A DNA stretch of 64,000 nucleotides from a virus (taxonomy: Duplodnaviria > Caudoviricetes). A program made the translations under genes and the position numbers. Shown in pieces: positions 36,993 to 46,343 of this stretch (position 1 is the first letter of the stretch; the number at the start of each line of letters is the position of its first letter). The notes below the pieces were generated by a model that saw only the letters and a program-made list of their open reading frames with translations, was not told where the DNA came from and ran no database searches. The stretch spans positions 64,386 through 128,385 of the IMG/VR virus record IMGVR_UViG_3300033069_001185; one strand, 5' to 3'.

Positions 36993-39611
36993 TTATACCC
37001 CGCAACTACCGCCTTTCGTTAGGTCGCAAATATCTGCCTGTTCAACAAAGATTTCTCCAACATGCTTAATTGCGGTTGAATACTTCACAGGAGTCAAAGG
37101 TTGACCACCACGCGCACCGTCAGGATAACACGTAATGCCTCTTAGTTCTGGTAAATATTTCATAAGCATGACACCGAAGTCCTGAACTTTGCTGTCATTA
37201 TTGAGTTCCGATCCCCAGCTTGGTAGATTGATAGTGCTGCTGATAGCATGATCGACATATTTTTGTAGCCAGTGCTGGAACTCGACCCTGCGTTCCACAT
37301 TCTCTGCCAAGCTATAAGCATCTTCAATGAGTTCTGGAGAAACTCCGCTTTCGATTAGACGCTGAGCACACGGATCGATAACATACTGGTAATTCACGAC
37401 CGTGCCCTTGAGATATCTACGCTTGTATGCAACACAGAAAATAGGTTCGATTCCCGTAGTTGTCTCTGCGACAATTCCGATAGTGCCGGTCGGGGCGATT
37501 GCTCTGGTTTTTACAGGAGCGCTAAGTTCTAGCTTTTTCGCCGCTTCTTTGGCGAACTCGGTACTCTTTGCATAGACCTTTAGGTATTCTTCTAGTTCGG
37601 TGTCTGGGCCATACTTCTTACCACGCTTGAGCAACCACTCGTGTAGGCCCATCAATCCTAGGCCTAATCGACGATTCTTTGTCCGGACCTGATCGATCTT
37701 GGGAAACGGAACGTCTGAATATACGGTTCCCGCCAGCAGAAAAGAAGTGGCAAGCTTGACAACTCGCTCCATTTCTTCGATTGAATCAATATTGGCCATA
37801 TTGATGGAGCCAAGATTGCAGATATCGCTATCGTCTCGTGAGGTAATCTCGCAGCAGTTTGAGATAATTACGCCTTCTGCCATGAAACTGTGTTCTTCAA
37901 CACCTACGTCGCAACAATAGACGTCTTGTCTATCAAAAGAATCTACTGATATAACTTTTACCGTCGAATCTCTGTACGCCACGTGGGCCTCTGGCTTGAG
38001 TCTCACAGTTGGAATGATATCGCGGAAGCGAGTTACACAGTCTCCCGAAACGGCCAATAGCCATCCTTCTTTTTGGCCAAAAGTGGAGATCCCGCCTTTG
38101 CCAATGGACGACCTGATTCCCAAAAACTCCAAGGCCCGACGAGCACCTTCTAAGAACTCAAAATGAACCGAAGATAGACGTACCCTGTGTTGTTTCTTAT
38201 CGTAAGAACCGTCTGAGTCAAAAAGACCGGCAAGAAAAGAGCTAATATAAGAGGGATCAGAAGTTAGTATTGGGAAATCAATCTTATTTCTGCCGCGAAG
38301 AACGTCCCCTTTCAAGTACATTCTTGTGTATCCTCTGCTGTCAGTTTCGGTTACTGACTTAATAAGCTCACTTCCGCTCATTGCTTTCGCACAAGCCTTA
38401 GATTCGTTAGTGCAAAAAGTTATCTCTGCTCTGTTGTCGTATTTCTTAGTAAAGGAACCGTCGCCGTAAGTATACCCAAGAACGTAGCCTTCTGTATGGA
38501 ATTGGGTTTTGGATGTATTTTCGGGAAGTACAGAGTGCAAGATAGAGCCCTCTTCGAGCTTACAGGCCGGAACCCTATTAATATTTACCAATCGGCTTCG
38601 ATTCCCGAGCCCTTCCCACTCTTCTACGAGAAATTCATGTTCTGGGTCTGCAATAATGGTTCGTCCACCAGACATAGTGACTCTTACAGTAGGAACATTT
38701 TCCTTGGTCTTTTTGAAGACCGTAGACGCCCACTGTTTCCCCGTCCAAACGACAACAGGTTCTTCGATCATAGAACCTACTTGTCGATATCCAGTATTAG
38801 TCATCACCCAAGTATCCGCAGATATCGGTGCGTTTCGTAAATTTTCGCCTTTATTAACACCCACATCGACCGAAAACCCCGGCTCAGCGGTCTTGAGCAT
38901 CTGTTTTACGGTAGCCCAGTACACGTTTTGGGCTAGAGAGTGGTTGGCGTGCTTCGAGTTCTTGAATGCCTCAAAGAACTCGTCGTCAAGAATAACGGAA
39001 ATATTGGTCCCGTCCATGGTTGCCGGAAAGTTATAATCAGCCTCTTTCATTGCGCGAACATTGGCCGACCAGTCTTTCATTTGGATAAACTTGAATACGT
39101 CAGGGTGACTCCAATGAAGACCTGCCCAGATCGCAGATCGACGGCTTCCTCCTTGCATAATGCCACGACCGGCTTCGTTGACCATCTGCATAAGCGCCAG
39201 AGGCCCTGTCGATGTTCCACCGGTTTTCCGGATTAGCTTACCTTCAGCCCGAACATCTGAATAAACGACACCAATTCCGGCTCCGGTCATAAGAGCCGTA
39301 GTTGCCTTAGCCATGAGATCTGCCCACCCCTCACGACTATCTTCGGCACGGAATAGTGCGCAGTTCTGGGTTTGGTGGTATTGATTACCTGCGGAGGCTA
39401 GATAACGACCACCGGGCATGAATTTCTTAGACTCAATGATGCTAGCAATGTCATTGACAAGTTTCTGGCTTGCATTGGTAGCCTTCATAACTTTGCGTGC
39501 AACTCTTTTTGAGATCTCAGGCCAAGACTCCTTCTGGCCATCTGGCTTGGTATGAGAATACTTCTGCTCCATAATGGTTTTTGCGAATGCACCTTGCTTA
39601 CTATCACTCAT
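36993..39611 (-). CDS. nrdJ: Ribonucleotide reductase large subunit (probably class II), intein-containing
   Basis: PGGRY, NC, GGSRRSA, spliced NACCE, CNLGSIN, APTGT, C-terminal Cys pair; no small subunit seen in the window. Confidence 0.88.
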   Translation of the reverse strand: MSDSKQGAFAKTIMEQKYSHTKPDGQKESWPEISKRVARKVMKATNASQKLVNDIASIIESKKFMPGGRYLASAGNQYHQTQNCALFRAEDSREGWADLMAKATTALMTGAGIGVVYSDVRAEGKLIRKTGGTSTGPLALMQMVNEAGRGIMQGGSRRSAIWAGLHWSHPDVFKFIQMKDWSANVRAMKEADYNFPATMDGTNISVILDDEFFEAFKNSKHANHSLAQNVYWATVKQMLKTAEPGFSVDVGVNKGENLRNAPISADTWVMTNTGYRQVGSMIEEPVVVWTGKQWASTVFKKTKENVPTVRVTMSGGRTIIADPEHEFLVEEWEGLGNRSRLVNINRVPACKLEEGSILHSVLPENTSKTQFHTEGYVLGYTYGDGSFTKKYDNRAEITFCTNESKACAKAMSGSELIKSVTETDSRGYTRMYLKGDVLRGRNKIDFPILTSDPSYISSFLAGLFDSDGSYDKKQHRVRLSSVHFEFLEGARRALEFLGIRSSIGKGGISTFGQKEGWLLAVSGDCVTRFRDIIPTVRLKPEAHVAYRDSTVKVISVDSFDRQDVYCCDVGVEEHSFMAEGVIISNCCEITSRDDSDICNLGSINMANIDSIEEMERVVKLATSFLLAGTVYSDVPFPKIDQVRTKNRRLGLGLMGLHEWLLKRGKKYGPDTELEEYLKVYAKSTEFAKEAAKKLELSAPVKTRAIAPTGTIGIVAETTTGIEPIFCVAYKRRYLKGTVVNYQYVIDPCAQRLIESGVSPELIEDAYSLAENVERRVEFQHWLQKYVDHAISSTINLPSWGSELNNDSKVQDFGVMLMKYLPELRGITCYPDGARGGQPLTPVKYSTAIKHVGEIFVEQADICDLTKGGSCGV
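37857..38828 (-). mobile_element. Intein (324 aa) with LAGLIDADG endonuclease, Pro1, block-F Cys
   Basis: NA|PISADTWV...LGYTYGDGS...LAGLFDSDGS...VYCCDV...IISN|CCE. Confidence 0.88.
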
Positions 39612-40293
39612 CTCGTTTACCTTTCTGAAAAATATCGCTGTTAGTCAGCGTCTTGACGCCCAACAAATAGGCTTGACCTAAACAAATACTGTCTGCTATA
39701 TCATTGTTGCCCTTGATCAACTTCAAGCCAAACTTGGCATTACAATAGGCAACTGAAATTGACTTCTTATCTATCTTACCATGGATACACTTGTTTTTCA
39801 GTTCTTCCTTAAAGACCCGAATTTCTTCTTTAAGAGCCAACTTAGTTTTCTTGTCCTTCGTTTTATCAAACAACTGTTGCAACTCTTTAAGTTTTTTGAT
39901 ATAAGGTTTAGCCAACTTCTTGGTTTCTGCTACACTTAGGTTAAGTTTCTTTCGCCAATCTGAAGTGTTGATATATAACACGGTTTTGCCAGAGAGCCCG
40001 TCTAAAACGTAGGTATGGATCTGTTCCAGACACTTTTGGCTATGTCTAGACCCAAACCTACCCGGTTTGTTGGTCTCTTCAATGACAATTACATCTGGAT
40101 TGAGTTCCAGAGTTTTCTCGACGACCTGTAAAGCAATGTTTTTTGATAGTGTTTTTAACGACCAAGGATAGTCGCCATACGACTCAAGCGTACCTACTAG
40201 GGTACGCTCTATCAGTCCAAAGCCTGTTAGCGACTTATCTACGAACAGACTCCAGCCCGTTTTCGTAGATAAGTCAAGCGATACAACTCTCAT
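39604..40293 (-). CDS. RuvC-like Holliday junction resolvase
   Basis: SLDLSTKTGW, VIEE, WRK, DIADSI. Confidence 0.78.
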   Translation of the reverse strand: MRVVSLDLSTKTGWSLFVDKSLTGFGLIERTLVGTLESYGDYPWSLKTLSKNIALQVVEKTLELNPDVIVIEETNKPGRFGSRHSQKCLEQIHTYVLDGLSGKTVLYINTSDWRKKLNLSVAETKKLAKPYIKKLKELQQLFDKTKDKKTKLALKEEIRVFKEELKNKCIHGKIDKKSISVAYCNAKFGLKLIKGNNDIADSICLGQAYLLGVKTLTNSDIFQKGKRDE

Positions 40294-40508
40294 GCCAATC
40301 GTATACCACGTTTGCGAGCAATCGCTTCGATAATTTCGACATTCCGCATGATTTTGCCCATCTGAAATGCTGCCTTATTACGATTGACGGCACCGGATGC
40401 TGCCATATTGGCATTGTTAAACATCAGATCTCTCCAGCCTTTGTATTCGGTCCGGAGAGCTTCGTTAGAGAGGTCTTTGAAGAGTGGGGTCGTTTTGTTT
40501 GAGTTCAT
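40290..40508 (-). CDS. Small hypothetical protein
   Basis: Own promoter; ATGA overlap with ruvC. Confidence 0.6.
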   Translation of the reverse strand: MNSNKTTPLFKDLSNEALRTEYKGWRDLMFNNANMAASGAVNRNKAAFQMGKIMRNVEIIEAIARKRGIRLA

Positions 40509-40515
40509 ACAGAAC

Positions 40516-40545
40516 CTTATATCAAACTATACCCAGCTATGTCAA
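40516..40545 (-). promoter_or_regulatory. sigma70-like promoter TTGACA-N18-TATAAG (TG extended), 7 nt before ATG
   Basis: gTTGACAtagctgggtatagttTGaTATAAGgttctgtATG. Confidence 0.7.
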
Positions 40546-40653
40546 CTCTCAATCAACAAACCTTAATATAGAGTCTTGGCTCCGGAACTAGGAACACCGG
40601 TAGGCATAGGTCCGGGCCGGAAACTAGTGTGATTTTTCGGAACTGACGATATA

Positions 40654-41064
40654 TCAATTCTTGAGTTCCTTTTCGGTTCTTTTCCACGACCAGTTTCTGG
40701 CTGTGGAAAAGTTTGGATCTTTTTTCTTCGAATCTGTGTGATGAATGTCCAAAGAACATGAATATTCACTATACCCACAAGAAACGCACCGACCTCCAAG
40801 ACTCTCGACCATTCTCTTTCTGTTTTCTAAGCCTTTTTCTTTGACGTATTCATTATGACACCTTCCACAGATGTCCATGTGGCCATAGAAATTCTTCGGG
40901 TTTTCTTCCCCACATGGACATCTGTATTCAACTATCTTCTTTGTCTTCAACCCAAATTTTTGGACCCAGTAGCGGACGTTGCTGCATGAACATCCGGTCT
41001 TGATCGCTATCTGTCTGATAGACAGGCCATCTTTTACTAGAGACTCAAGATCTTTATATTCCAT
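40654..41064 (-). CDS. HTH + HNH endonuclease, C-terminally truncated
   Basis: LSIRQIAIKTG HTH; GGRCVSCGY...LDIHH...KDP; stops at ELKN before the usual LCxxCH. Confidence 0.7.
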   Translation of the reverse strand: MEYKDLESLVKDGLSIRQIAIKTGCSCSNVRYWVQKFGLKTKKIVEYRCPCGEENPKNFYGHMDICGRCHNEYVKEKGLENRKRMVESLGGRCVSCGYSEYSCSLDIHHTDSKKKDPNFSTARNWSWKRTEKELKN

Positions 41065-41079
41065 ACAGATTTATTATCA

Positions 41080-41102
41080 CTACCAAGCTGAACTAATACC
41101 AG
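41080..41102 (-). pseudogene. 5' fragment of a tRNA gene (acceptor strand + D arm)
   Basis: CTGGTAT-TA-GTTC-AGCTTGGTA-G then abrupt switch to the HNH leader. Confidence 0.4.
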
Positions 41103-41107
41103 TAAAG

Positions 41108-41181
41108 TAGCGGGTGCTTGATTCGAACAAGCGTCTTTGGGGCACAATGAGCCCAACAAGGAACCACTCCTCTAACCCGCT
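41108..41181 (-). tRNA. tRNA-Met(CAT), initiator-like, with abnormal 10-nt anticodon loop; no encoded CCA
   Basis: AGCGGGT/ACCCGCT acceptor, GAGG/CCTT D stem, TTGGG-CTCATTGTGC-CCCAA, GCTTG-TTCGAAT-CAAGC T arm. Confidence 0.75.
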
Positions 41182-41188
41182 AATAACC

Positions 41189-41218
41189 CCTTGGGGGGAA
41201 TTGCAATTCCCTCCAAGG
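41189..41218 (-). other. Long hairpin just upstream of the tRNA
   Basis: CCTTGGAGGGAAT-TGCA-ATTCCCCCCAAGG. Confidence 0.55.
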
Positions 41219-41232
41219 AATGCAGTTGCGTG

Positions 41233-41508
41233 TTACGCAGTCTTGCCACGAGACTCAAGCAATGCGTGACAATACTTGATCTTCAGCTTGTTGGCTTTTG
41301 AAGCCTCTCGGTACTGCGCACCGGCCTCTTTGTATTCAAGCTTCTTGGCTTCCAAGTCTTGATCAGCCTTCTTAGCTTCAAGGTTTTCGTGCTCGTTGAG
41401 GGCTACCTCCGATACCTTCTTCTTGACATCTTCGTCAGCCATCGCGGCTACTGAATCCTTGAAATCACTGTCGAGATCGTCAAACGTTGCTTTTGCTTTG
41501 CGGCCCAT
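41233..41508 (-). CDS. Small helical/coiled-coil protein
   Basis: GAGG RBS; charged helical sequence. Confidence 0.65.
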   Translation of the reverse strand: MGRKAKATFDDLDSDFKDSVAAMADEDVKKKVSEVALNEHENLEAKKADQDLEAKKLEYKEAGAQYREASKANKLKIKYCHALLESRGKTA

Positions 41509-41526
41509 AGTTATTTTCCTCTTATT

Positions 41527-43446
41527 TTAGATTGCTACGATTGTGGTACTGCCGTCATTCTCTTTCACTACTTGTATCACATTACTAAACATTTCTACGA
41601 ATTCAGATCCGTGGTCGACAACGAGAACCAGCTTATTATGTGCGAACTGGCTCAGTAAGTCAAGTGTACTTTCTTTGCTCGCTCCTTGCCCATCAAATGC
41701 TTCGTCAATTGCTAGCCAGCCGGTTTTGATACCGGCACGCCTTTGTACCACGGTTATGATACTTAGGTCAACTGCTAGTTCCAAAGAACTAAGCATACCT
41801 CCACTAAGCGACGACAACTTGCTCTTACAGCCGTCTATTGTCACAAACGGCACAATCGCTTTTTTCGGTTCACCCTTGACTGTGTTTTTTTCTATATCAA
41901 AACCCAAAGTAACCTTTTCTACGTTGGGAATGTTAGCAAGCATTTTGTTAGTTTCTACAGCAATTTCTTCCAAAACCTCAGCGACGATAGTTCCCATGAA
42001 CCCCAACCGTCCTACAAGGCGAACAAAATCCAGTTCTAGGTTCATTTTCTTCGTCAAAGACTCTTTTATCTGTTTCTGTTGATCTATTGCCTGTCGGATA
42101 CTCTCGTTCTGTTCATATATCTGTGCTTGGAGCTGAAGAATAGATAGCTTTGATAAAAGCTGCCCAAACTCCTCATTGGGTGCAAACTTAGAGCCAATAA
42201 CCTTAGCTCTGTCAGCCGATAGAAGCGCTAATTGCTTGTCACATTCGGCAGTTTGCTCAAGAAGGGCCTTTTGTTTTTCAGCAGTTTTGCTTGCGATTAG
42301 CTCCCGGAACTGCTCGATTCGACTGTCGGCAGTGAAAGTATCAATAACAATAGAGTTGGTCTCTGACAGATCGGCATTCGCCCGAATGATTTCATTTTCA
42401 AGCTTGGCGATGTTGCTAACGTTGGTGTCTAGTTTCTGCTGGGCTTCTGCCGAACTGATAGCCTGATTACAAGCATTACAGGCCATTCTCCGAAATGCTT
42501 CGTTTTGTCTTTCAAGAATGGCGACTTCTTTAGTTTTGTTATTGATAGTGTTTGTGAGTTCTGATACTTTTCTGTTTTTACTCAGTGCCTGAAGGTTGAG
42601 TTCTTTCGCCCTTTTTTCATCCGAGACAACCAGTTCCTGCAAAAACCCTTTAGCCTTTGAAATGGTTGTATCAAAAGCTTCGTCAAGTTGTTTGCCGATC
42701 TGAGCTTTTATCGTTTTGATAGCAAGCATACTGCTGTCAATCTCTGCTACCTTTTTCTGGATCTCTTTTTCCCAGTTCTGCTTAGACGAAATATCTTCCT
42801 GAGTTAGTCGATGAAGCTCCAACTTCATGGATTCTATAGAATCCAGATCCTCTGGCTTTAGGACTGGATGAAGTTTCGGGGTTTCAATTTCTATGATCTT
42901 CTTCGCTACGGCAATCTGCTGTCCATAGTCCTTGATAAAGCCCTGAGAAAGCTCCACTGCCGTCTCAATCTTCGATAGCCCCAGAAGCTCGCCAAGAAAT
43001 TCTAGCTTTTCAATGTTGTTTTTGCTTAAAAACAAACCATTAGTCCGCTGGGGTCTGAACAAAACAGAGCCAAGAACTTCTGGGCTGATCTTGAGCAATT
43101 CTTGAATTTTAGCGGCAATGGCCTTTGCTCCTGTTATCTGGGTGTGGCCTAATGCTATGTAATTAGCCTTACCGCGAGCGATTTTGACAATGAGATCTGA
43201 TTCTGAGTCGTTCAATTCAAGGACGACTTGCATTGGCTCTTCTGTCAGGTAGCTCTGAAGGTCTTCCTTGGTATATTCTCCGGAATACCCCAAAGCAAAA
43301 GCAATGCCACATAGCACATTGGACTTGCCAGCACCAGACAGTCCCTTCAAAAGGACCAACCCAGATGCCGGAAACTCGATTTCAGCATCGACAAACGACC
43401 TGAAGTTTTTCAAAGAAAGCTTACTTAGACGTAGCAATTTACACAA
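41527..43446 (-). CDS. SbcC/Rad50/gp46-like ATPase
   Basis: NFRS, GLSGAGKS, CNACNQ hook, LSGG, IDEAFD, VDH. Confidence 0.9.
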   Translation of the reverse strand: MCKLLRLSKLSLKNFRSFVDAEIEFPASGLVLLKGLSGAGKSNVLCGIAFALGYSGEYTKEDLQSYLTEEPMQVVLELNDSESDLIVKIARGKANYIALGHTQITGAKAIAAKIQELLKISPEVLGSVLFRPQRTNGLFLSKNNIEKLEFLGELLGLSKIETAVELSQGFIKDYGQQIAVAKKIIEIETPKLHPVLKPEDLDSIESMKLELHRLTQEDISSKQNWEKEIQKKVAEIDSSMLAIKTIKAQIGKQLDEAFDTTISKAKGFLQELVVSDEKRAKELNLQALSKNRKVSELTNTINNKTKEVAILERQNEAFRRMACNACNQAISSAEAQQKLDTNVSNIAKLENEIIRANADLSETNSIVIDTFTADSRIEQFRELIASKTAEKQKALLEQTAECDKQLALLSADRAKVIGSKFAPNEEFGQLLSKLSILQLQAQIYEQNESIRQAIDQQKQIKESLTKKMNLELDFVRLVGRLGFMGTIVAEVLEEIAVETNKMLANIPNVEKVTLGFDIEKNTVKGEPKKAIVPFVTIDGCKSKLSSLSGGMLSSLELAVDLSIITVVQRRAGIKTGWLAIDEAFDGQGASKESTLDLLSQFAHNKLVLVVDHGSEFVEMFSNVIQVVKENDGSTTIVAI

Positions 43447-43681
43447 CTCCCGGATCTTTCTTTTGTTCAGATCTTTGTTTAATGATATCGTTTATATTGG
43501 CCAATCTTTCTACTTTACGTGACATAGCACCGTTGTCAAGAACTTCTTTGATATCGGAAGTAGCTGCTTTGAGATCTCGTTCCATGGCTATACCACACGA
43601 ACAGGTCAGAACTCCTTGCTCTGCTCTTAGTTTCTTTTTTATTGTGCCGCAGCTTGGGCATTTGAAGATGAAAAGAGCCAT
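43439..43681 (-). CDS. FmdB-like Zn-ribbon protein
   Basis: FIFKCPSCG...CSCG..MER. Confidence 0.65.
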   Translation of the reverse strand: MALFIFKCPSCGTIKKKLRAEQGVLTCSCGIAMERDLKAATSDIKEVLDNGAMSRKVERLANINDIIKQRSEQKKDPGVV

Positions 43682-43683
43682 GG

Positions 43684-45846
43684 TTATTCTTGGTTCAAAT
43701 CTTGCATGAATCTGTTGTGCTCTCTAGTTTCCATATTTTCGAATTCACCATCTCTCTGAAAAACAATGGTGCCGCCTGTAGTGCCAATCTGGCTGGCAAT
43801 TGAAATTGAGTTCCTGAGGGCTTCCAAAACGGCAGGGGTTGAGTCTAGCAAGCCGCTTTGGTAAGCATCAACGATTTTAGATTCCAGTAGATCGTAGATA
43901 TTGTCAGAGCCTGAATTGATTTGGGTGGTTAGTTGGTTTGTTATATCAATAAGCTCGTCAGAAGTGTACCCTGCGTTCAAGTACAACCGCTCTACGGGAC
44001 CGAACAGTGCAGGAGCAACAACATTGACAAGGATATCGTCTCCTGACTTCTTGCAAATATCAATAAGCTTAAGCAAGGTCCAGCCACCAGCGGGTAATAC
44101 GCCGTGATTGATCGCACCGCGAACAGCACAAATCGCGTCTTCTGCCCGATCTCTCTTCTCGCGAAGTTCGCCAGAACTTGAGCCAATTACTTTAAGCTTG
44201 GCAATACCTCCTGTAAGTTTGCCGATTCGCTCACGCAACAGGCTCTTTTCGAGATCTGAAACAGCAATAGACTTTAGTTGCTCATTCACGTCTTCTGCGC
44301 GCTGTATGACTCTCGCTTCAGTCTCGTCGTCCATATCAATAATAATGTTACTGCGGAATCTAGTTGATTCAAAGTGCTTTGCTGAACCCAAATCCATAGC
44401 CGATGCTTGATCTAGCGGGCTGTTGAGTGGATCCAGAACTTTAGAGCCAGTAAGAGCCGAAAGATCCATCAAAAAGTCCAACTGTCCCGTTTTGATTGGA
44501 GACATTGGAACTAGCAAAGGATATACGGCTAGGTTGTGATTGGGAGCAGCAAAGTTGATTGCTAACTGACCAAGGACCACTTCAGAGAACCCGGTAGCAG
44601 CTACAACCACATTTGGTACTTTACCTTTCGATGCTTCAATGATCTTTTCGAATATCGGAGCCAACAAGCCAACGTCCTGAACCCTTCCGTAATACAATAC
44701 AAAAACCGGGTTCTCAAGCTGAGCTGACTGCGTTTTGGGATCGTTCAAAAACTTGGAATAGAACGGACCACAGCTATCTTCAAAGCCGATTCCAACGCCA
44801 TAACCGTCTAGCCGCTCTACTTCGTACTTGCTGGGACCAGAGAACTCCAGAATGGTAACGTTGCCGTCGTCGCCTACAAGTTCAAAACACTCCAAAACAG
44901 CATCTGCAAGTGCTTCGTCACCATTAGCAGAGACTTTTGCTACAGCACGCAGGTATTTTTTGCCTGAATCATCGAATTTAACCAGCTTCCGCCAGTTTTT
45001 GATATTCGGCTCAAGGGTTTCCTTGAAAGCCTTCTCCAGAGACCTGACAACTCGCTGAGGGCTTACCTTCGGATTAGTCCTGCAATACTGAAATACAGCT
45101 TTGGCGAAAGAGTGTGCAAGAATCGTGGACGTAGTGGTGTTGTGGGTTAGCACAAACCCGTCAGTGACGTATAGACTGTCTGGATTGCTGACTTTAATAC
45201 AGCGCATTTCTGTAAAAACACCGGTAACCTCAATCTTTTCAATCTTATCTACCCCGCCAGAGAGCCGGGGCGTTGCGTATTGCCGTCCCGAACTCATGCC
45301 CAAAGCAAGGTTTTTTGTTGTTAAGGTATAAGTGACTCCTTCTGAATCGACGGTTGTCCATAGATGATCTTCGCAGCACTCTACGATTCTTTGTTCAGAA
45401 AAATAGACTTTACAAATCTCTTTTTGCCCTTTCGGAAAAACGCCAAGAACGGTCTGGATCGAGCCGTTAGTGCCGCAAACTTCCATACCCGGTACAACCT
45501 CACCCATGGTAACAAACCCGGTAGGGGTCAGTACCTTGCTCCAAAGAGGTTGAGGACCGTCACCAGCCTCAGACGCAGTACGAACAGCAGCGTCTCTGAC
45601 AGATTCGGCAATGGTCTGTGCTGTTGAGTCCTGAAAACCGATGTTCTGAAAAACGGTAACGCCGTCCTTGGTAACCATAGGAGGCATGTTTTCTTGTTTT
45701 TCAATCAAAACAGAATTGCCACCCGGTCCAAGGGTAGATCCGACGAGATCTGCGCACGTACCCAAAGTATCCATAATCAGCTTTTCAAGCTGCGGACCTT
45801 TTGTATACATAGTTTTTGCAACAGACTTCATTTTTTTGAATTGCAT
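43684..45846 (-). CDS. groEL: GroEL-like chaperonin with mini-intein
   Basis: TLGPGG, VTKDGVTV, AGDG|intein|TTT, SANGD, RAEDAICA, GVLPAGG. Confidence 0.93.
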   Translation of the reverse strand: MQFKKMKSVAKTMYTKGPQLEKLIMDTLGTCADLVGSTLGPGGNSVLIEKQENMPPMVTKDGVTVFQNIGFQDSTAQTIAESVRDAAVRTASEAGDGPQPLWSKVLTPTGFVTMGEVVPGMEVCGTNGSIQTVLGVFPKGQKEICKVYFSEQRIVECCEDHLWTTVDSEGVTYTLTTKNLALGMSSGRQYATPRLSGGVDKIEKIEVTGVFTEMRCIKVSNPDSLYVTDGFVLTHNTTTSTILAHSFAKAVFQYCRTNPKVSPQRVVRSLEKAFKETLEPNIKNWRKLVKFDDSGKKYLRAVAKVSANGDEALADAVLECFELVGDDGNVTILEFSGPSKYEVERLDGYGVGIGFEDSCGPFYSKFLNDPKTQSAQLENPVFVLYYGRVQDVGLLAPIFEKIIEASKGKVPNVVVAATGFSEVVLGQLAINFAAPNHNLAVYPLLVPMSPIKTGQLDFLMDLSALTGSKVLDPLNSPLDQASAMDLGSAKHFESTRFRSNIIIDMDDETEARVIQRAEDVNEQLKSIAVSDLEKSLLRERIGKLTGGIAKLKVIGSSSGELREKRDRAEDAICAVRGAINHGVLPAGGWTLLKLIDICKKSGDDILVNVVAPALFGPVERLYLNAGYTSDELIDITNQLTTQINSGSDNIYDLLESKIVDAYQSGLLDSTPAVLEALRNSISIASQIGTTGGTIVFQRDGEFENMETREHNRFMQDLNQE
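45139..45555 (-). mobile_element. Class-3 mini-intein (139 aa), Pro1, WCT triad
   Basis: GDG|PQPLWSKVLTPTG...CCEDHLW...MRCIKV...LTHN|TTT. Confidence 0.9.
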
Positions 45847-46343
45847 AGATGTATCCTTCTCACTTTGATAAAATTGCCATTAGTTACCATGAACCGGTAA
45901 GAACACTCTAGTCTACCAGATTCCTTCATTTTTTTGATTGTGTACTTAATCATTGATAAAGACCCCTGAGTCTTTTCAGCCAGTTGCTCGTTTGTCAGTT
46001 CATTATCAATCTTAAGAAGCTCCTCGATTGGCTCAACGAGCGACTTCCAACGACCAACAACACTTTCTCTCTTTGTGAAGATGGTGCCAGCAGCGGCGGC
46101 TCGCATATCGCTAGCCTTGAACCGAGCTAGTTCGATCGATTCGAAAGGTATATACTCAATATCGGGACCCAGACCTTGCTCCTTAAGCTCTAGCAAGAAT
46201 CTGTTCTTTTTCGAAAGCTTCATTCTGGAAGGAGACTTCCAAAAGTGCCTAAGGTAGTTCAGACGTTTCGATACACCGATAGACACAACCTCTTTTGTAA
46301 GAGGATGTTTCATAACATAAACATAACATTGTGGTTTACTCAT
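45828..46343 (-). CDS. Degenerate GIY-YIG-like + C-terminal HTH protein
   Basis: YVYVMKHP...SIGVS; LTNEQLAEKTQGSLSMIKY. Confidence 0.5.
   Translation of the reverse strand: MSKPQCYVYVMKHPLTKEVVSIGVSKRLNYLRHFWKSPSRMKLSKKNRFLLELKEQGLGPDIEYIPFESIELARFKASDMRAAAAGTIFTKRESVVGRWKSLVEPIEELLKIDNELTNEQLAEKTQGSLSMIKYTIKKMKESGRLECSYRFMVTNGNFIKVRRIHLCNSKK

Noticed and set aside
40563-40650. GC-rich stretch as a tRNA 3' half or structured RNA
   Set aside because: No T-arm or acceptor complement could be found; it may be the tail of a displaced gene.
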